Shown in pieces: positions 28,777 through 40,032 of a stretch of 55,954 nucleotides of DNA (within the stretch, counting starts at the first letter, position 1; the number at the start of each line of letters is the position of its first letter). Where the stretch lies: contig CADBUF010000070.1 in NCBI GenBank assembly GCA_902797795.1, forward strand, positions 1-55,954. The letters are read 5' to 3'. A program made the translations under genes and the position numbers. Source of the stretch: an uncultured Erysipelotrichaceae bacterium. GTDB taxonomy: Bacteria > Bacillota_I > Bacilli_A > RFN20 > CAG-826. The notes beneath the pieces are model-generated. The model searched no databases and was not told the DNA's origin. It worked only from the letters and a program-made list of their open reading frames with translations.

Positions 28777-31173
28777 ATGGGATTATTCGATAAATTGGCT
28801 ATCAAAAAATATGGCCGCATCGCGGATAAAGTCATTGCATTAGAAGAGACAATGAAAAGTCTTTCGGATGACGATTTAAGAGCTAAGACTGATTACTTTA
28901 AAGAACTTCTTAGAAATGGAAAAACTTTGGATGATATTAAAGTCGAAGCTTTTGCAGTCGCTAGAGAAGCCGCTAGAAGAACTATTGGTGAATTCCCATA
29001 CAAAGTACAAATCATCGGATCTCTCGCTCTTCACGCTGGTGATGTTGCCGAAATGAAAACTGGTGAAGGTAAAACCTTAACAGCAACAATGGCAGTTTAT
29101 TTAAACGCCTTAGCGGGTAGAGGTGTCCACGTAGTCACCGTTAACGAATATCTTAGTGAACGTGACGCTAACTGGATGGGCCAAATATATCGATTCTTAG
29201 GTTTAACTGTTGGAGTTAACCTTAGAGCGAAAACAACAAGCGAAAAAAGAGAAGCATATCTTTGTGATATAACATACACCACTAACTCCGAATTAGGCTT
29301 TGATTATCTTAGAGACAACATGGCCAATTCCATGGAAGGTCGTGTTTTAAGAGGACTTGATTTCTGTATTGTTGATGAAGCTGACTCAATCTTAATTGAT
29401 GAATCTCGTACACCGCTTATTATTTCAGGTGGTGCTAGAGCAAGCGCATCACAATACACAGTTGCTGATCGTTTTGTAAAATCACTTAGAAAAAATGTTG
29501 ATTATGAAATCGACGTTAAAGACAAAACAGTTAACTTAACTGACTCTGGTAACGCGAAGGCCGATCAGATGTTTGGAATTAAAAATCTTTATGATCCTCA
29601 ATATGCTGACTTAGTGCATAGAATCCATAACGCCTTAAAAGCTAACTACATTATGGCTAGAGACGTTGATTATTTAGTGGATGCCGAAGGACAAGTACAA
29701 ATTATCGACCAATTTACTGGACGTGTTCTCCCAGGAAGAGAATGGTCTGATGGTCTTCATCAAGCTGTTCAAGCTAAAGAAAATGTTGAAATCAAACAAG
29801 AGACAGTGACAATGGCCACTATTACATATCAAAACTTCTTCCGTCTATATAAGAAGATGGCAGGTATGACAGGTACTGCTAAAACCGAAGAAGAAGAATT
29901 CCGTAAAATTTATAACATGCGCGTTGTTTGTGTACCTACAAATAAGCCTGTAATCCGTATAGACGCACTCGATTATGTCTATGCACACAAAGGGCCAAAA
30001 CTAGCCGCATTAATCAAGGAAGTTAAAGAAAGACATGAAAAGGGACAACCAATTTTAATTGGTACTGTCTCAGTTGAATCATCTGAAGAAGTAAGTAAGT
30101 TGCTCACAGAAGCGGGCTTAAAACATGAAATGTTAAACGCCAAAAACCACGCTCGTGAAGCTGAAATCATTAAGGACGCTGGTAAAAAAGGCGCTATTAC
30201 TCTTGCTACCAACATGGCAGGTCGTGGTACCGATATCAAAATTGATGATGAAGTCAGAGCGTTAGGTGGTTTGTGTGTTTTTGGCACAGAAAGACATGAA
30301 TCAAGACGTATTGATAATCAATTAAGAGGTCGTGCTGGCCGTCAAGGTGATCCAGGATTCTCCAGATTCTATGTTTCTTTCGATGACGAACTATTAGTGA
30401 GATTCGCTGCTGATAATATGCGTAAATTCATTGAAAAGAATTTTGGTGATGAAGCTTTAGAGGCTCGTATGGTCACTAATGTTATTACAAGCGCTCAAAA
30501 ACGTATTGAAGGACAAAACTTTGACACTCGTAAATCATTGCTTGATTACGATGATGTTTTAGCCAAACAACGTCAAATTGTCTATGACAAACGCGATAGA
30601 ATCATTGAAGGAAAAGATATTAGTGATATCGTTGATGATATCTTTAGAACCACTGGCACATTCTTAGCAAGTAAAGCAGTGCCAGAAGGAAATACTGATA
30701 AAGTTATTTCTGGCGATTTATTAGTTAAAGAAGTTGAACCAAGATTCTTACCACAAGGTTCCCTTAAAGCCGCATTATATGATGAATCATATGTAGATGA
30801 TGTTGGACCAGATCTAGGTGAAGTTTTATATGACCGTTATCTTGAAAAGAGAAAAGAATGGCCTGAAGAACTCCAAGGACAAGTTGAAAGAAACTTTATT
30901 TTAAGATGTATTGATCAAAACTGGACCAAACATATCGACGCAATGGCGAGATTACGTGAGGGTATCCATTTAAGAAGCTACGCTAACATAAACCCACTTC
31001 AAGATTATGTTAACGAAGGCTATAAAATGTTTAGAGAATGCTTAGATATTGCAAGTGTTGATGCTGTTTTGAATTTGCTTAATGTCAAAATAGAAAAGAA
31101 ACCAGTTGAAGAAACTCCAAAAGATACAACTGTTGTCGATGTTGAAGCCGAAAAGAAAGAAGAAAATAAATAA
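28777..31173 (+). CDS. secA: Preprotein translocase ATPase SecA (no C-terminal zinc-binding tail)
   Basis: MKTGEGKT, DEADSILIDE, ATNMAGRGTDI, QLRGRAGRQGDPG. Confidence 0.97.
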   Translation: MGLFDKLAIKKYGRIADKVIALEETMKSLSDDDLRAKTDYFKELLRNGKTLDDIKVEAFAVAREAARRTIGEFPYKVQIIGSLALHAGDVAEMKTGEGKTLTATMAVYLNALAGRGVHVVTVNEYLSERDANWMGQIYRFLGLTVGVNLRAKTTSEKREAYLCDITYTTNSELGFDYLRDNMANSMEGRVLRGLDFCIVDEADSILIDESRTPLIISGGARASASQYTVADRFVKSLRKNVDYEIDVKDKTVNLTDSGNAKADQMFGIKNLYDPQYADLVHRIHNALKANYIMARDVDYLVDAEGQVQIIDQFTGRVLPGREWSDGLHQAVQAKENVEIKQETVTMATITYQNFFRLYKKMAGMTGTAKTEEEEFRKIYNMRVVCVPTNKPVIRIDALDYVYAHKGPKLAALIKEVKERHEKGQPILIGTVSVESSEEVSKLLTEAGLKHEMLNAKNHAREAEIIKDAGKKGAITLATNMAGRGTDIKIDDEVRALGGLCVFGTERHESRRIDNQLRGRAGRQGDPGFSRFYVSFDDELLVRFAADNMRKFIEKNFGDEALEARMVTNVITSAQKRIEGQNFDTRKSLLDYDDVLAKQRQIVYDKRDRIIEGKDISDIVDDIFRTTGTFLASKAVPEGNTDKVISGDLLVKEVEPRFLPQGSLKAALYDESYVDDVGPDLGEVLYDRYLEKRKEWPEELQGQVERNFILRCIDQNWTKHIDAMARLREGIHLRSYANINPLQDYVNEGYKMFRECLDIASVDAVLNLLNVKIEKKPVEETPKDTTVVDVEAEKKEENK

Positions 31174-32277
31174 TGAAAGACCTAGTTAGTCTGAAACAAG
31201 AACTGGGTGCTGTTGGCGAGAGAATCCGTCAACTCGGGTATTCTCTTTGACCTCGCAAAATTAGATAAAGAGATTAAAGAACTCCAGTCAATTAGTGAAA
31301 AAGAGGATTTTTGGAACGATCAAAAGTCTGCTTTAGAGACAATAAACGAACTAAACTCCAAAAGAGGAGCGTTTGAAAAATATAACACTCTATTAAATAA
31401 CTTCAAAGACATTGAGGAACTTTTAGAATTAGCAGACGAAGAACTTTTAGAGTCATTAAACGATTCTATTGATGAGTTAAAAACCTTAGTGGCTGAATTT
31501 GAAGTAGAGAGATTATTTAATGGTGAATTCGATAATCTTAACGCAATCTTAGAAATTCATCCTGGTGCAGGTGGAACCGAAGCTCAAGATTGGGCTGATA
31601 TGTTATATCGAATGTATGTTTTATTTGCAGAAAGTCATAAATTCAAAATGCAACTTATCTCTTATGAACCAGGAGAAGAAGCAGGACTAAAATCAGTAAC
31701 CATTAAAATCAGTGGTAAACATGTCTATGGACTTTTAAAAAGCGAAAAAGGGGTCCACAGATTAGTAAGAATATCTCCTTTTGACGCGAACAAAAGAAGA
31801 CATACATCATTTGCCTCAGTGAACGTTATTCCTGAATTCTTAGATAATTCAATTAATATTGAAATAAATGATTCTGATTTAAAGATAGATACTTATAGAA
31901 GCGGAGGCGCTGGTGGGCAAAATGTCAACAAAGTTGAAACCGCAGTTAGAATTACCCACTTACCTACCGGTATCGTTGTTTCTTGTCAAGTTGAAAGAAG
32001 TCAATTATCTAATAAAGAAACCGCTATGGCGATGTTAAAAAGTAAGTTATATCTTTTAGAAGTAGAAAAAAGAAATAACGAATTAAATTCAATTGTTGGA
32101 GAAAAGAAAAATATCGAATGGGGATCACAAATACGTTCATATGTATTTTGCCCATATACATTAGTTAAAGATAATCGAACAGGGCATGAAGAAGTAGACG
32201 TTAACGCCGTTATGAATGGTAAAATAGACGACTTCTTATATGCTTATTTACAAATGGAGGCCAAAAACAATGTCTAA
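31173..32277 (+). CDS. prfB: Peptide chain release factor 2 with programmed +1 frameshift at CTT TGA C (31245-31251)
   Basis: ATG 31173 gives [25 protein letters not shown]-stop; the +1 frame continues DLAKLDKE... with SPF and GGQ. Confidence 0.95.
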
Positions 32278-33241
32278 AAAATTAACAAAACAATTGATGA
32301 ATTACACTTTAGTAATTATCGGAACTATTTTATTAGCTTTTGGTGCAGTTATTTTCTATTCGAAAGTTGAATTAGTTGCCGGTGGTGTTTCTGGTATTGC
32401 CATTATCATTCAACACTTTGTAAAAAATGTATACATCTATGATTATCTAGTCGCCGCTTTCATAGTTCTTTTCTGGATTTTAGGACTGGTCTTTATTGGA
32501 AAAGACTTTGCCTTAAAAACATTACTATCATCTTTAGTTTATATAGGGGCTACTTTCCTTTTCTCAAGAGTAGGTTTCTTTAATAATTTAGCCGAACATT
32601 TTGCGGGTGTGAATACCGCTAACCAAGTTTTAATTAATGGTTCACAATTCACTATCGTATATACAGACGCTCAAGTTGGTAACTACATGCTTTGTGGCTT
32701 GTTTGGAGGCGTGTTTGTTGGAGGAGGAGTTGCCTTAACATTCTTAGGTGGAGGATCCACCGGTGGAGTTGATGTAATTCAAGTCGCATTAAACAAATAT
32801 TTCCATATCAAAGAATCAATATCATCTTTTGTTATTGACGCCTTCATCATTATTATCGGTATGGCTGTAATGCAATTATGGGTTCCAGCATTATGCGGTA
32901 TTCTCTCATGTTTTGTTAGCGCTGTGCTTATTGAAGTGGTCTATATTCGTAACCAAACAAGTTACCAAGTTGATATCATTTCTGAAAAGTGGAAAGAAAT
33001 AAATCAATTCGCTCAAATTGAGTTAGATAGAGGCACCACTATCATCCACGCTGAAGGCGGATATAAAGGTGACAAGAGAGTAATTCTAAGAGTTGTTTTT
33101 AACAAGAATCAATACGAAAAATTAAAAGATTATATTGCTCAAATTGATCCAACTGCGTTCGTTACTTTTACTCAAACAAATGCAGTCTATGGAGAAGGAT
33201 TCAGAAGCAATAAAAAATCTATCAAAATTAGAAAAAAATAG
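32270..33241 (+). CDS. YitT family membrane protein (DUF161/DUF2179)
   Basis: [19 protein letters not shown]...GGY, IDPTAFV...V.GEGF; GGAGG SD at 32256. Confidence 0.88.
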   Translation: MSKKLTKQLMNYTLVIIGTILLAFGAVIFYSKVELVAGGVSGIAIIIQHFVKNVYIYDYLVAAFIVLFWILGLVFIGKDFALKTLLSSLVYIGATFLFSRVGFFNNLAEHFAGVNTANQVLINGSQFTIVYTDAQVGNYMLCGLFGGVFVGGGVALTFLGGGSTGGVDVIQVALNKYFHIKESISSFVIDAFIIIIGMAVMQLWVPALCGILSCFVSAVLIEVVYIRNQTSYQVDIISEKWKEINQFAQIELDRGTTIIHAEGGYKGDKRVILRVVFNKNQYEKLKDYIAQIDPTAFVTFTQTNAVYGEGFRSNKKSIKIRKK

Positions 33242-33250
33242 TCATTTTGC

Positions 33251-35242
33251 ATGAAAAATATCGATTATTCACATAAATTTGAAATAGTTTCTAAGTTCAA
33301 ACCAACAGGTGATCAACCCACTGCCATAAAGGATTTAGTTGATGGCTTAAACGCTGGTAAAAGGCTACAAGTTTTACTAGGGGCAACTGGAACTGGAAAA
33401 ACTTTTACAATGGCTAATATCATTGAAAGAGTTCAACGTCCCGCTCTTGTTTTAGTGCATAACAAAACTTTAGCAGGACAACTATATTCAGAATTCAAAG
33501 AATTGTTTCCCAATAACCGTGTTGAATATTTCGTTTCTAATTTTGACTTCTATCAACCAGAAGCCTACATTCCAAAAAGCGACACTTATATTGATAAAAC
33601 AGCTTTAATGAATGATGAGATTGAAATGTTACGAACTAGCGCTATTAACTCGGTGTTAGAAAGAAGGGACACAATTGTAGTTGCATCAGTTGCCTCTATT
33701 TATGGATTAACTGATCCTGATGAATATCGTAACTTAGTGTTTGAAATACGTGTCGGAGAAGAGATTAATCGTCAAGACTTTTATAAAGCACTAGTAGATG
33801 CACAATATAAAAGAAACAATTTAGACACTCCACCAGGTAGTTTTAGAGTAAGAGGGGATATCATTGAAATAGTCCCTGCTAATATGACTGATAATACAGT
33901 TATTAGACTCGACACCTTTGGTGATGAAATAGAAAAAATATATGAAGTAGATTTACTCACCGGAGAAATTAAGCATTCATATCATACATACCCAATTTTC
34001 CCTGCCTATGATCACGCTTCCACTCGAGAAAGAATTAAAGAAGCGTGCGTATCGATCAAAGCCGAATTAATTGAACGCCTTCAATATTTTAGAAAAGAAG
34101 GAAAATTATTAGAAGCTGAGCGATTAGAAATGCGCACGAATCAAGACGTGGAAAACATGGAAGAATTTGGTATGTGTCCAGGAATTGAAAACTACTCTAG
34201 ACATATTGATAAACGTAAACAAGGACAAAGACCTTTCTGCTTAATTGACTATTTCCCAAAAGATTTTCTTTTATTTGTTGATGAATCACACGTTTCACTC
34301 CCTCAAATAAGAGGAATGTATAACGGCGATAGAAGTCGAAAAGAAACGCTTGTAGAATATGGCTTCCGCCTCCCAAGCGCCTTGGATAATCGACCACTAA
34401 ATTTTGAGGAATTTGAAGATTTAATGCCTCAAACTATTTGTACTTCCGCTACACCCGGAGATTATGAACTCAATCATACCGACGCTAAGATAGCAGAACA
34501 AATTATACGTCCAACAGGTCTATTAGATCCTGAAATTGAAGTAAGACCAACTAGAGGACAAATAGACGACATCCTTTTTGAAATTAAGGAAAGGATTACC
34601 CGTAACGAAAGAGTGATGATTGTCACTCTCACAGTTAAAATGGCGGAAGACCTCTCTTTATATTTAAAAGAAAGAGGAATCAAAGTTGTCTATTTACATC
34701 ACGAAACCAAAACGTTAGAAAGAAGCGAAATCATTTATCAATTACGTAAAGGTAAATATGACGTTTTGGTGGGTATTAATCTTCTTAGAGAAGGCTTAGA
34801 TATTCCAGAAGTCTCTTTAGTGACCATATTAGACGCTGATAAAGAAGGATTTTTACGTTCGACACGAAGCTTAATTCAAGTAATCGGAAGAGCGAGTAGA
34901 AACGCTCAAGGGAAAGTTATCATGTACGCTGATAACATGACCGATTCTATGAAAAATGCGATTGATGAAACAAATAGAAGAAGAAATATTCAAAAAGCAT
35001 ATAACGATGAATATGGAATCGTTCCAAAAACTATCATTAAAGAAATTAGGCCACCTATTCATAACGCCGACGATGAAATTAGCGAAATGGTTAAACTTTC
35101 TAAACATGGAACAAGGAGTCAATTAACAGCAAAAATTAAGGAGCTGGAGAAGCAAATGCGACAAGCAGCAAAAGAATTTGATTTTGAGCGTGCCGCCGAG
35201 CTTCGTGATATTATATTGGAGATGAAAGCAGAACTTAATTAA
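33251..35242 (+). CDS. uvrB: Excinuclease ABC subunit B
   Basis: [37 protein letters not shown]. Confidence 0.98.
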   Translation: MKNIDYSHKFEIVSKFKPTGDQPTAIKDLVDGLNAGKRLQVLLGATGTGKTFTMANIIERVQRPALVLVHNKTLAGQLYSEFKELFPNNRVEYFVSNFDFYQPEAYIPKSDTYIDKTALMNDEIEMLRTSAINSVLERRDTIVVASVASIYGLTDPDEYRNLVFEIRVGEEINRQDFYKALVDAQYKRNNLDTPPGSFRVRGDIIEIVPANMTDNTVIRLDTFGDEIEKIYEVDLLTGEIKHSYHTYPIFPAYDHASTRERIKEACVSIKAELIERLQYFRKEGKLLEAERLEMRTNQDVENMEEFGMCPGIENYSRHIDKRKQGQRPFCLIDYFPKDFLLFVDESHVSLPQIRGMYNGDRSRKETLVEYGFRLPSALDNRPLNFEEFEDLMPQTICTSATPGDYELNHTDAKIAEQIIRPTGLLDPEIEVRPTRGQIDDILFEIKERITRNERVMIVTLTVKMAEDLSLYLKERGIKVVYLHHETKTLERSEIIYQLRKGKYDVLVGINLLREGLDIPEVSLVTILDADKEGFLRSTRSLIQVIGRASRNAQGKVIMYADNMTDSMKNAIDETNRRRNIQKAYNDEYGIVPKTIIKEIRPPIHNADDEISEMVKLSKHGTRSQLTAKIKELEKQMRQAAKEFDFERAAELRDIILEMKAELN

Positions 35243-35282
35243 ATTTAAGTTTTATAAAAGTTTATTTTGTTTAAATAATGTT

Positions 35283-35963
35283 ATGAAAATTTTATTAGTA
35301 GAAGACTCACAACAATTAAATAAGGCCTTGGCTACGGTGTTAAAACGTAGCAATTATATTGTTGACTCCGTCTATGACGGAGAAGAGGCCGTTGATTACC
35401 TTAAAGAATATAAATACGACTGTGTAATTTTAGACATCATGCTTCCAAAGAAAAACGGACTTGAGGTTTTAAAATGGGCAAGAGAAAGCAAAATAGAAAC
35501 TCCAATTATTTTATTAACCGCCAAATCAACCACGATTGATAAAATCAATGGTTTAGATTTAGGGGCTGACGATTATCTTGCTAAACCATTTGTTGTTGAA
35601 GAACTATTAGCAAGAATCCGTGCTTTGATGAGAAGAAAACCATCATACACAGAAGAGAGTAATCTTAAATTTGGCGATTTAGTTTTGGAATTAGATAGTT
35701 CAACATTATCAAATGGTGATGAAAAAGTGCTATTGATGAATAAAGAATTTCAAATTATGAATATGCTAATGAGCAGTGGTTCAAAGATTATTTCTTTAGA
35801 CACAATTACTAAAAATGCATGGGATATAGACGCTTATTCAACAAGCGAAAATGTTTGGGTGTTTATCTCTTATTTAAGAAAGAAATTAGAATCGATTCAC
35901 TCAAAAGTTAAAATTAAATCAATTAGGTATCAAGGTTATTATTTAGATTATAAAGATGATTAA
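35283..35963 (+). CDS. OmpR/PhoB family response regulator
   Basis: ILLVED, LDIMLP, GADDYLAKPF, VWVFISYLRKKL. Confidence 0.93.
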   Translation: MKILLVEDSQQLNKALATVLKRSNYIVDSVYDGEEAVDYLKEYKYDCVILDIMLPKKNGLEVLKWARESKIETPIILLTAKSTTIDKINGLDLGADDYLAKPFVVEELLARIRALMRRKPSYTEESNLKFGDLVLELDSSTLSNGDEKVLLMNKEFQIMNMLMSSGSKIISLDTITKNAWDIDAYSTSENVWVFISYLRKKLESIHSKVKIKSIRYQGYYLDYKDD

Positions 35964-37152
35964 AAAATTAAAGATTAAGTTCATTTTATTATCAATGGTG
36001 TCTGTCTTATTTGTGTTATCAGTAACCATTGCTGTCATCAATATTAGCAACTACAATTCTGTTGAAAAAGATGGAAGAAAGGCGCTTTCTTTAGTCTTAT
36101 CGCGTGGTGTTAATGATAACGGTAAATACCAAAGTGAAGGGGCTCCACCTCCTCCATTAGAGTTAATGACTGAACATTATTTTGTTGTTGGATTTAACGC
36201 TGATGGATCAATTTTTGACTCTGACTTTGTTCATATTTTTACAATTACTAAAGAATATGGAGAAGGTATTGCCAAAAATGTCTTATACGAAGGTAAGGGT
36301 AGCGGAAAAATTGATAACTTTAGATATCAAACTAGCACCTCCAATGGCATCACCTATGTTGCCTTTGTCGATTTAACTGATGAATTTGCTTATTTTCATC
36401 GTTTTTTAATCACTTCCACAACAATTGCTTCTGGATGTTATATCTTACTTTTCTTATTAATTCTTCTTGCATCTAAACTTGCCTTCCTTACAAGCGAAGA
36501 GTCATATAGAAAGCAAAAATCATTCATCACCAATGCTTCTCATGAATTAAAAACTCCTCTTACCATCATTTCTACTGATATTGAAATCATTGAAATGGAT
36601 TATGGTAAAAACGAATGGACCGAATCGATTCGAGACCAAATTAACCGTTTGAGCTCAATGACTACTCAACTTGTCACTCTTTCTAGATTGGATGAAGGGG
36701 ATGTTAATAGTTATCCTTTCTCAGAATTTAATCTTTCTAGTGTGGCTAAAGAGTGCGTGGATTCTTTCACTCCTTCACTTGAAAAGGACGGATTTAAATT
36801 AATTAGTAATATAGAAGGTGACATAAATTATAAAGGTAATAAATATCTTCTTAATGAAATATTTTATATCTTCTTAGATAATGCGCATAAGTACGCGAAA
36901 AGCGGAGGAGAAATAGAAGTAGATGTCGCTAAAATAGATAAGAAAGTATCTATAGTTTTCAAAAACGATATTGCCGATAGTGACAATATCAACACAAAAT
37001 TAATATTTGACCGTTTCTATCGTTCTGAAAATCAAACTAAACCCGGCTCTGGAATCGGTTTAAGTATTGCAAATGAAATCATCAAGCTTCATAAAGGCAA
37101 AGTGAGTGCCTCTATTGAAAATAATAAGATTATCTTTTCAATTCTTTTTTAG
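35956..37152 (+). CDS. Sensor histidine kinase
   Basis: Two TM helices, ASHELKTPL H-box, DNAHKY, FDRFYR, GSGIGL. Confidence 0.93.
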   Translation: MIKKLKIKFILLSMVSVLFVLSVTIAVINISNYNSVEKDGRKALSLVLSRGVNDNGKYQSEGAPPPPLELMTEHYFVVGFNADGSIFDSDFVHIFTITKEYGEGIAKNVLYEGKGSGKIDNFRYQTSTSNGITYVAFVDLTDEFAYFHRFLITSTTIASGCYILLFLLILLASKLAFLTSEESYRKQKSFITNASHELKTPLTIISTDIEIIEMDYGKNEWTESIRDQINRLSSMTTQLVTLSRLDEGDVNSYPFSEFNLSSVAKECVDSFTPSLEKDGFKLISNIEGDINYKGNKYLLNEIFYIFLDNAHKYAKSGGEIEVDVAKIDKKVSIVFKNDIADSDNINTKLIFDRFYRSENQTKPGSGIGLSIANEIIKLHKGKVSASIENNKIIFSILF

Positions 37153-37203
37153 GTTTATTTTAGTTTATTAAATTATAATTTTTTCACTTTAGGAGGAAAA
37201 AAT

Positions 37204-39681
37204 ATGAAAAAGAGAAGAGTACTAAGTTGCTTAGCAGTGTCATTTTTACTTGCTGGATGCGGCGCTAATGCAAATAGTGATCCACAACCAACAGGCAGCT
37301 CTCAAGTTGAAATTTTATTAACATCAATTAGTTTTGTTAACGAAGATGAAGTTGTTAAATCATATAGATATGGCGAATCTTTCGTCAAACCAGAAATATT
37401 AGCAACATATAGCAATGGCTTAACAGTAAATGTTACCGAATCGGTCTCAGTCAGTGGATTCAATTCTCGTAAATTAGGGGAACAATCAGTAACACTCTCT
37501 TATGAAGGCAAATATCTTACTTATTCAGTAACGATTTATAATCTTTTAAAAGAGATTTCAATAAGTGGACAAATCACCTCTTTTGAAGTTGGTGATGACT
37601 TTGCTTTTGGTGGTATTGTTCACGCGATTTATGATGATGGAACAGTCTATAACGTAACAGGAAGCGCTCTATTTAATGGCTATGATATGTCAGTAAGTGG
37701 TACTCAAACAGTTTTCGTTAGTTATGATGGTTTCTCTGCAAGTTATGAAATAACAATTAATGAAAAAAGCGAAAAAGTTGTTCAATCGATCTCACTAAGT
37801 AATTTAATTGAAGAATATAAAGTTGGTGATGACTTTGTTAGACCAACAGTCACTGCTACTTTTGATGATGAATCAACACTTGATGTTAGTGACGCAGCCT
37901 CTATTAGTGGCTATGACCTATCCAAAGTAGGAACTTATGAAGTAGTCGTTTCATATAAAGGACAAAGCGCATCTTATAGCGTTACCGTCAAAGAAAAAGA
38001 AGGTAATGTCGATGATCTTGATCCAGACAATGATGAAATTGAAGGCGATTTCTCTATCACCACTAAAGATGGTGGGGAAGTCACCGTTGAAGATAATGTT
38101 TACACAATTACAACCGCAGGAACATATTCTCTTAAAGGCAAACTCACCAATGGACAAATTGTTGTAGACGCTACAGATGCAGAAGTTGAATTGTCTTTAG
38201 AAGGTGTTTCAATTTCTAATAGTAATGATTCACCTATTTACATTAAAACAGCCGATTCAATCGATATCAGCGCGAAAAAGAACACAAAGAACTATGTTTA
38301 TGACAATAGATCAACACCTTCAAGCGACGAAGATGTAAAAGGAGCTGGTATTTATTGCGAAGATGGTGATTTAAAAATCAAAGGTAAGGGAACATTAGTA
38401 GTTACTTCCTTAGCTAATAATGGTATCCACGGAAAAGATGATGTAACCATTAAAAACGCAACATTAATTGTTAGAGCCGTTAATAACGGTATTAGAGGCA
38501 ATGACAGTGTTTCTATTGAAGAGACACCTACTATTGATATCATCTGTGGTAATGATGGTATTAAAACCTCAAGCTCTGATATTTCTAGCAAAGAAAAACA
38601 AAGAGGAACCGTCAGTATTACAGGCGGCACCATTCAAATTAATTCCTACGCTGATGGAATTGATGCAGCATATGACGCAGTCATTGCCGATACTATAGTA
38701 GAAGAAAGTGATGGAACCACAAGTGTAATATCTCCAGTTATTGACATTTACACTAACATCTACTCTTCATATTCAGTTACCGATTTAAGTGAAGGCGCTC
38801 TTGAAGCTAACATCCTTAGAGCATGGGGTCCAGAACCTAGTAGCGAAGGTAATACCGCTAAAGCAGCAGATTCCGCTAAAGGTATCAAGGCGTGCAATTT
38901 GATCGATATCTCTGGTGGGACAACATATGTCAAAGCATACGATGATGGAATCCATGGAAATAAATATTCCGATGATGAATTAATCAGCCTTGAAAATGGC
39001 GAAAACGCAACAGGAGACGTCTCAATTAGTGGCGGAGTTGTTACTTTAAATGTTAGCGACGATGGAGTTCACGCTGATGGAACACTCAATCTATCTGGTG
39101 GCGAAGTCACTGTTGAAGGATCTTATGAAGGATTAGAAGGAACAGTCATTATTGTTACTGGTGGTAAGGCCACGGTTAATGCTACTAATGATGGAATTAA
39201 CGCCTCTAACTCTCACAGCAACGATTCTTGTTCTATCAATATTAGTGGCGGATATTTAGATGTTACAGTCGATTCAAATGGAGACCATGACGGAATTGAT
39301 AGTAACGGTACAATCACTATCAGTGGCGGTACAGTAGTTACTAGAGGTCCAAATAGTCAAAATATGTCACCAATTGACGCTGATGGAACAATCAAAGTTG
39401 AAGGCGGAACCGTCGTTGTTATTGGAAGAAACATGTCTTCTGGTAATGGAGGATGGTATGCTCCTGGTGGCGGTCCTGGTGGAGGAGGCGGATTCCCTGG
39501 TAGCAGTTCTATAACTGTTGGAAGTGGAGTTACAACCACAAACGCAACCACTGGTGGATCTAAAGGTAACCACACTATTACATTTGCCAATTCAAACGAA
39601 GTAATCAGCTACTATAATAGCTATACCTATAGCAATTATGTGACCGTTTATAGTGTTAATGGAACAGCAACTGTTAAATAA
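37204..39681 (+). CDS. Lipoprotein with three Ig-like (Big_3-type) repeats and a Cthe_2159/DUF4353-type beta-helix carbohydrate-binding domain
   Basis: Lipobox LAGC; three V.ATY.DG...V....SGY....G...V.VSY repeats; ITTAGTYSLKG, DGIDA, DDGIH, EGLEG, DGIDSNG; AGGAGG SD. Confidence 0.8.
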   Translation: MKKRRVLSCLAVSFLLAGCGANANSDPQPTGSSQVEILLTSISFVNEDEVVKSYRYGESFVKPEILATYSNGLTVNVTESVSVSGFNSRKLGEQSVTLSYEGKYLTYSVTIYNLLKEISISGQITSFEVGDDFAFGGIVHAIYDDGTVYNVTGSALFNGYDMSVSGTQTVFVSYDGFSASYEITINEKSEKVVQSISLSNLIEEYKVGDDFVRPTVTATFDDESTLDVSDAASISGYDLSKVGTYEVVVSYKGQSASYSVTVKEKEGNVDDLDPDNDEIEGDFSITTKDGGEVTVEDNVYTITTAGTYSLKGKLTNGQIVVDATDAEVELSLEGVSISNSNDSPIYIKTADSIDISAKKNTKNYVYDNRSTPSSDEDVKGAGIYCEDGDLKIKGKGTLVVTSLANNGIHGKDDVTIKNATLIVRAVNNGIRGNDSVSIEETPTIDIICGNDGIKTSSSDISSKEKQRGTVSITGGTIQINSYADGIDAAYDAVIADTIVEESDGTTSVISPVIDIYTNIYSSYSVTDLSEGALEANILRAWGPEPSSEGNTAKAADSAKGIKACNLIDISGGTTYVKAYDDGIHGNKYSDDELISLENGENATGDVSISGGVVTLNVSDDGVHADGTLNLSGGEVTVEGSYEGLEGTVIIVTGGKATVNATNDGINASNSHSNDSCSINISGGYLDVTVDSNGDHDGIDSNGTITISGGTVVTRGPNSQNMSPIDADGTIKVEGGTVVVIGRNMSSGNGGWYAPGGGPGGGGGFPGSSSITVGSGVTTTNATTGGSKGNHTITFANSNEVISYYNSYTYSNYVTVYSVNGTATVK

Positions 39682-39739
39682 TCATTGAATTAATTATTTC
39701 AATTAATTAAAATATTTCACAGCGAAAGGAGAAAGAACT

Positions 39740-39979
39740 ATGCTAGGTTGGTACGATTGGGTATTACTTGGTGTCAGCGTAATCATTATCGTCTTGTGCT
39801 TGTTACAAGGTGGTAAATCAGAAGGTGCTTCTGGTGCGATTACTGGTGGCGGTCTTAACGTTTTCGTTAAAACGAAAGAAAGAGGAGCAGAAAAAGTTAT
39901 TTCCATCCTCACACTTATTACTGTAGCGATCTTCTTCTTAATCGCTATATTAATCAAAATCCTTAACGGACAAGGTTGA
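39740..39979 (+). CDS. secG: Preprotein translocase subunit SecG
   Basis: LLQGGKSEGASGAITGG...KERGAEK between two TM helices. Confidence 0.9.
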   Translation: MLGWYDWVLLGVSVIIIVLCLLQGGKSEGASGAITGGGLNVFVKTKERGAEKVISILTLITVAIFFLIAILIKILNGQG

Positions 39980-39993
39980 TAGTTAAATCAAAT

Positions 39994-40032
39994 AAAAAGA
40001 CTCGAGTTGATAAATTCGAGTCTTTCTTTTTT
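39994..40032. terminator. Bidirectional intrinsic terminator
   Basis: AAAGACTCGAGTT-gata-AATTCGAGTCTTT between convergent genes. Confidence 0.8.

Noticed and set aside
37320-37995. DNA-level repeats (e.g. GTTGGTGATGACTTTG twice) as a mobile or regulatory repeat
   Set aside because: Explained by tandem Ig-like protein domains within the lipoprotein CDS.
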